DNA of 64,000 nt from Podarcis liolepis (Eukaryota). Each line of letters opens with the position of its first letter. The first letter of the stretch is position 1. The notes below the pieces were generated by a model that worked only from the letters and a program-made list of their open reading frames with translations, searched no databases and was not told the origin of the DNA. The translations under genes were made by a program, and so were the position numbers. Shown one piece after another: positions 61,986-64,000 of this stretch. The DNA lies in assembly GCA_965112155.1 (NCBI GenBank), contig OZ218108.1. One strand, 5' to 3'.

Positions 61986-63376
61986 CATTACACAGTCTCA
62001 TCTTGCACACCTCATATGTGGGAAGCAGCAGCTCTTTGTAGTGAAGTCATCATTTCCAAGGCCCTCTGACAGACTTCATTATGGCACTCTGGCGGAAACC
62101 CTTTCTGCACCTTCCATTCTGAAGAGCGGCCGTATGGAAAGGGCCAGCTCCTCATCCGTTGTCTGCTCAGTAGGCCCAAAGGGGGAAATCCCACTAGCTA
62201 TAACAACAGCAAGGAGGGGGGAAGCTGCTTCTCTCCAGAGGAGCAACTCCCAGGCAGTTTGTCATGGAGTATATTGTACACTTAATCAAAGACACATTTT
62301 GTATAACCTCAAGTTCTAACCAACACATGGCAAAAGATCATTATTTTAAGACTTTCAAGCTGAACCAGTTCTGACAGTGGGAGGTGGATCTCTCCAAATC
62401 TGGCAGCATTTTTCATTCCCGTGTCAACTTTTAACAAGTGTAGAAAAGAAATCAACTCAAGCTGGCACAAACCAGAGTCATGTCGATGCTGGAAGGGCTT
62501 CCAGGTGCCCTTTATCAAAATCTCTGCCCCCTTTCTGCTGCAAGGAAAGTTGATTTATGGGCTGAGGTTGGTGTTTATCTTGCACCTCCCTAAACCCCAC
62601 TTAATTATCACTGTCCCAGATGAGCCCTGGAGCTCATATAAATACTTTGGGAGATCAGAGGAACATACCTCCCCCTGACTTCTCCCTTATGTCATGCCAC
62701 ACTAAGGACAACTTTTCTTTTCATTAAACATTTAATAAACACGCAGTCTCTTAAACCTGGGATGGGAAAGCCGCGGCCCTCCAGGTGTTGCTGAACTATT
62801 ACACAGCTCCCATCAGACCAGCATAACCAAAGGTTGGTGGGAACTGGAGTCCAGCAATATTGGGGTGGGGTGGGGTGGGGGGGACAGTTTCTGCATCCTA
62901 CTAAATGAAATGTTTCTCTTTTTTGCAAGTTTGCAGACAGAGCATGAGATATTGCCACAACATTCTTCTCAAAGTGTCACACTGACATACATCTGTATTT
63001 TGTTCTCTGTGTGTTTAGAAAGTTTTAGATAGGTTTGTAGTGGACACTTTCTCAATTCATTTGTCTTTATATGCTGAATAAAAGCTTGCCATCATGTTAA
63101 AAAAAAAAGCATTTGTTTTGATTTCTTAAATGTTGCAACTGTGAAGTGCAGTATTCAGCCACAACTATCTACCACAATTCTTTGTGTCACAGTTCAAGTG
63201 TTATTTCTTTACTTGTTCTTCAGTGTCTGCTAAGCACACAGCTGCTAATATATGAACGACAAAAGTCCTTTTGCAATACTGCAGTATTTTCCCCATCAGA
63301 TCTATTTTATGGTGTTAATTCTAGGAATTATACTACTTTTTGGCCCACAATTATACATATTTCTCAAAGTTTGTGC

Positions 63377-63840
63377 CAGGGCTGGATTAACCATTAAGCA
63401 AAATAAGCACATGCTTAGGGCATCGAGGGAAGGGAAGCGCCACAGAAATTTTCCATTGCCGGATTTTTACCATTAATGGTCACGAATTGCTCAGCAGAGC
63501 CTTCATTTTCTCAGCTGAAGTATATTAAAAATCCCAACAGAACAACTATGCAACAAGGCATGCTGGATGCTTTATCTCTACTAAGTGCAGAAGCAGACGT
63601 GTTACATTGGTTTGAGGATCTGATAAAAGAAAAAGGAGGAGAAAAAAATCAAATATAAATAAAATGGAAGTATACAAAAATAAAGATTGTTTTCCATCTT
63701 ACTTTAGGTTTTGTTTCATTTTGAAAATTTTATTTTACAGTTATTTTACGGTTTATTGTTGTTTATATTTTGAATTGACTATATATGGGGGCACCAAAAT
63801 GTTTTCAGTGAGGGCCTCTAAAGGTCTTAATTCAGCCGTG
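63377..63840 (+). mobile_element. Internally deleted hAT (Tip100/Zaphod-like) element retaining the transposase C-terminal dimerisation domain
   Basis: TIRs cagggctggattaa / ttaattcagccgtg; perfect 8-bp TSD gtttgtgc; ORF 63476-63658 TNCSAEPSFSQLKYIKNPNRTTMQQGMLDALSLL matches the hATC ERxFS..R..M...L motif. Confidence 0.9.
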
Positions 63841-64000
63841 GTTTGTGCTATTGGACAACATTAATTTAATTTGATTTTGGTCTTTATTTTCAGGTGCTCA
63901 AAAACTTGGCTGAAAGAAAAGGTGTGCCCTTGTTAGCTTACTCAGGATTGAAGCCTAGATCCAAAGAGCTGCTTAATTCATTCAGGGAGCTCATGCTAGC

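Noticed and set aside
1-64000. CRISPR arrays, operons or prokaryotic defence systems; FOXD1
   Set aside because: The sequence is intron-rich vertebrate DNA with no repeat-spacer array, and no forkhead ORF is present in the window.

Overview
Eukaryotic genomic DNA from a squamate reptile, probably a lacertid lizard (Sauria SINEs, Bov-B, young L2, many hAT and Tigger MITEs). It covers the conserved vertebrate block FCHO2-TMEM171-TMEM174, all on the + strand. The last 11 coding exons of FCHO2 (1977-15305) are intact and phase-consistent. Both downstream PPxY-bearing membrane-protein genes are damaged. TMEM171 has intact exons 2-3, but a stop forms across the last splice junction (TG|A) and the last exon has a second stop and a frameshift. 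TMEM174 has a frameshift just after its ancestral ATG, an in-frame TAG, and a +1 insertion that destroys its terminal PPPY motif. Two young ~1.43 kb non-autonomous hAT elements in inverted orientation, each with a perfect 8-bp TSD, bracket the two genes. They carry what looks like a captured host CpG promoter, first exon and intron start, with two divergent ZNF143/THAP11-type motifs (a 'Pack-hAT'). Other highlights are a perfect 190-bp palindrome made of two Penelope-type hammerhead ribozyme cores just past the FCHO2 3' end, an orphan CpG island at ~47 kb with a candidate spliced micro-gene on the minus strand, and a Gypsy LTR with a tRNA-Leu PBS interrupted by Bov-B. Orthologue comparisons rely on recalled sequences, not database searches.
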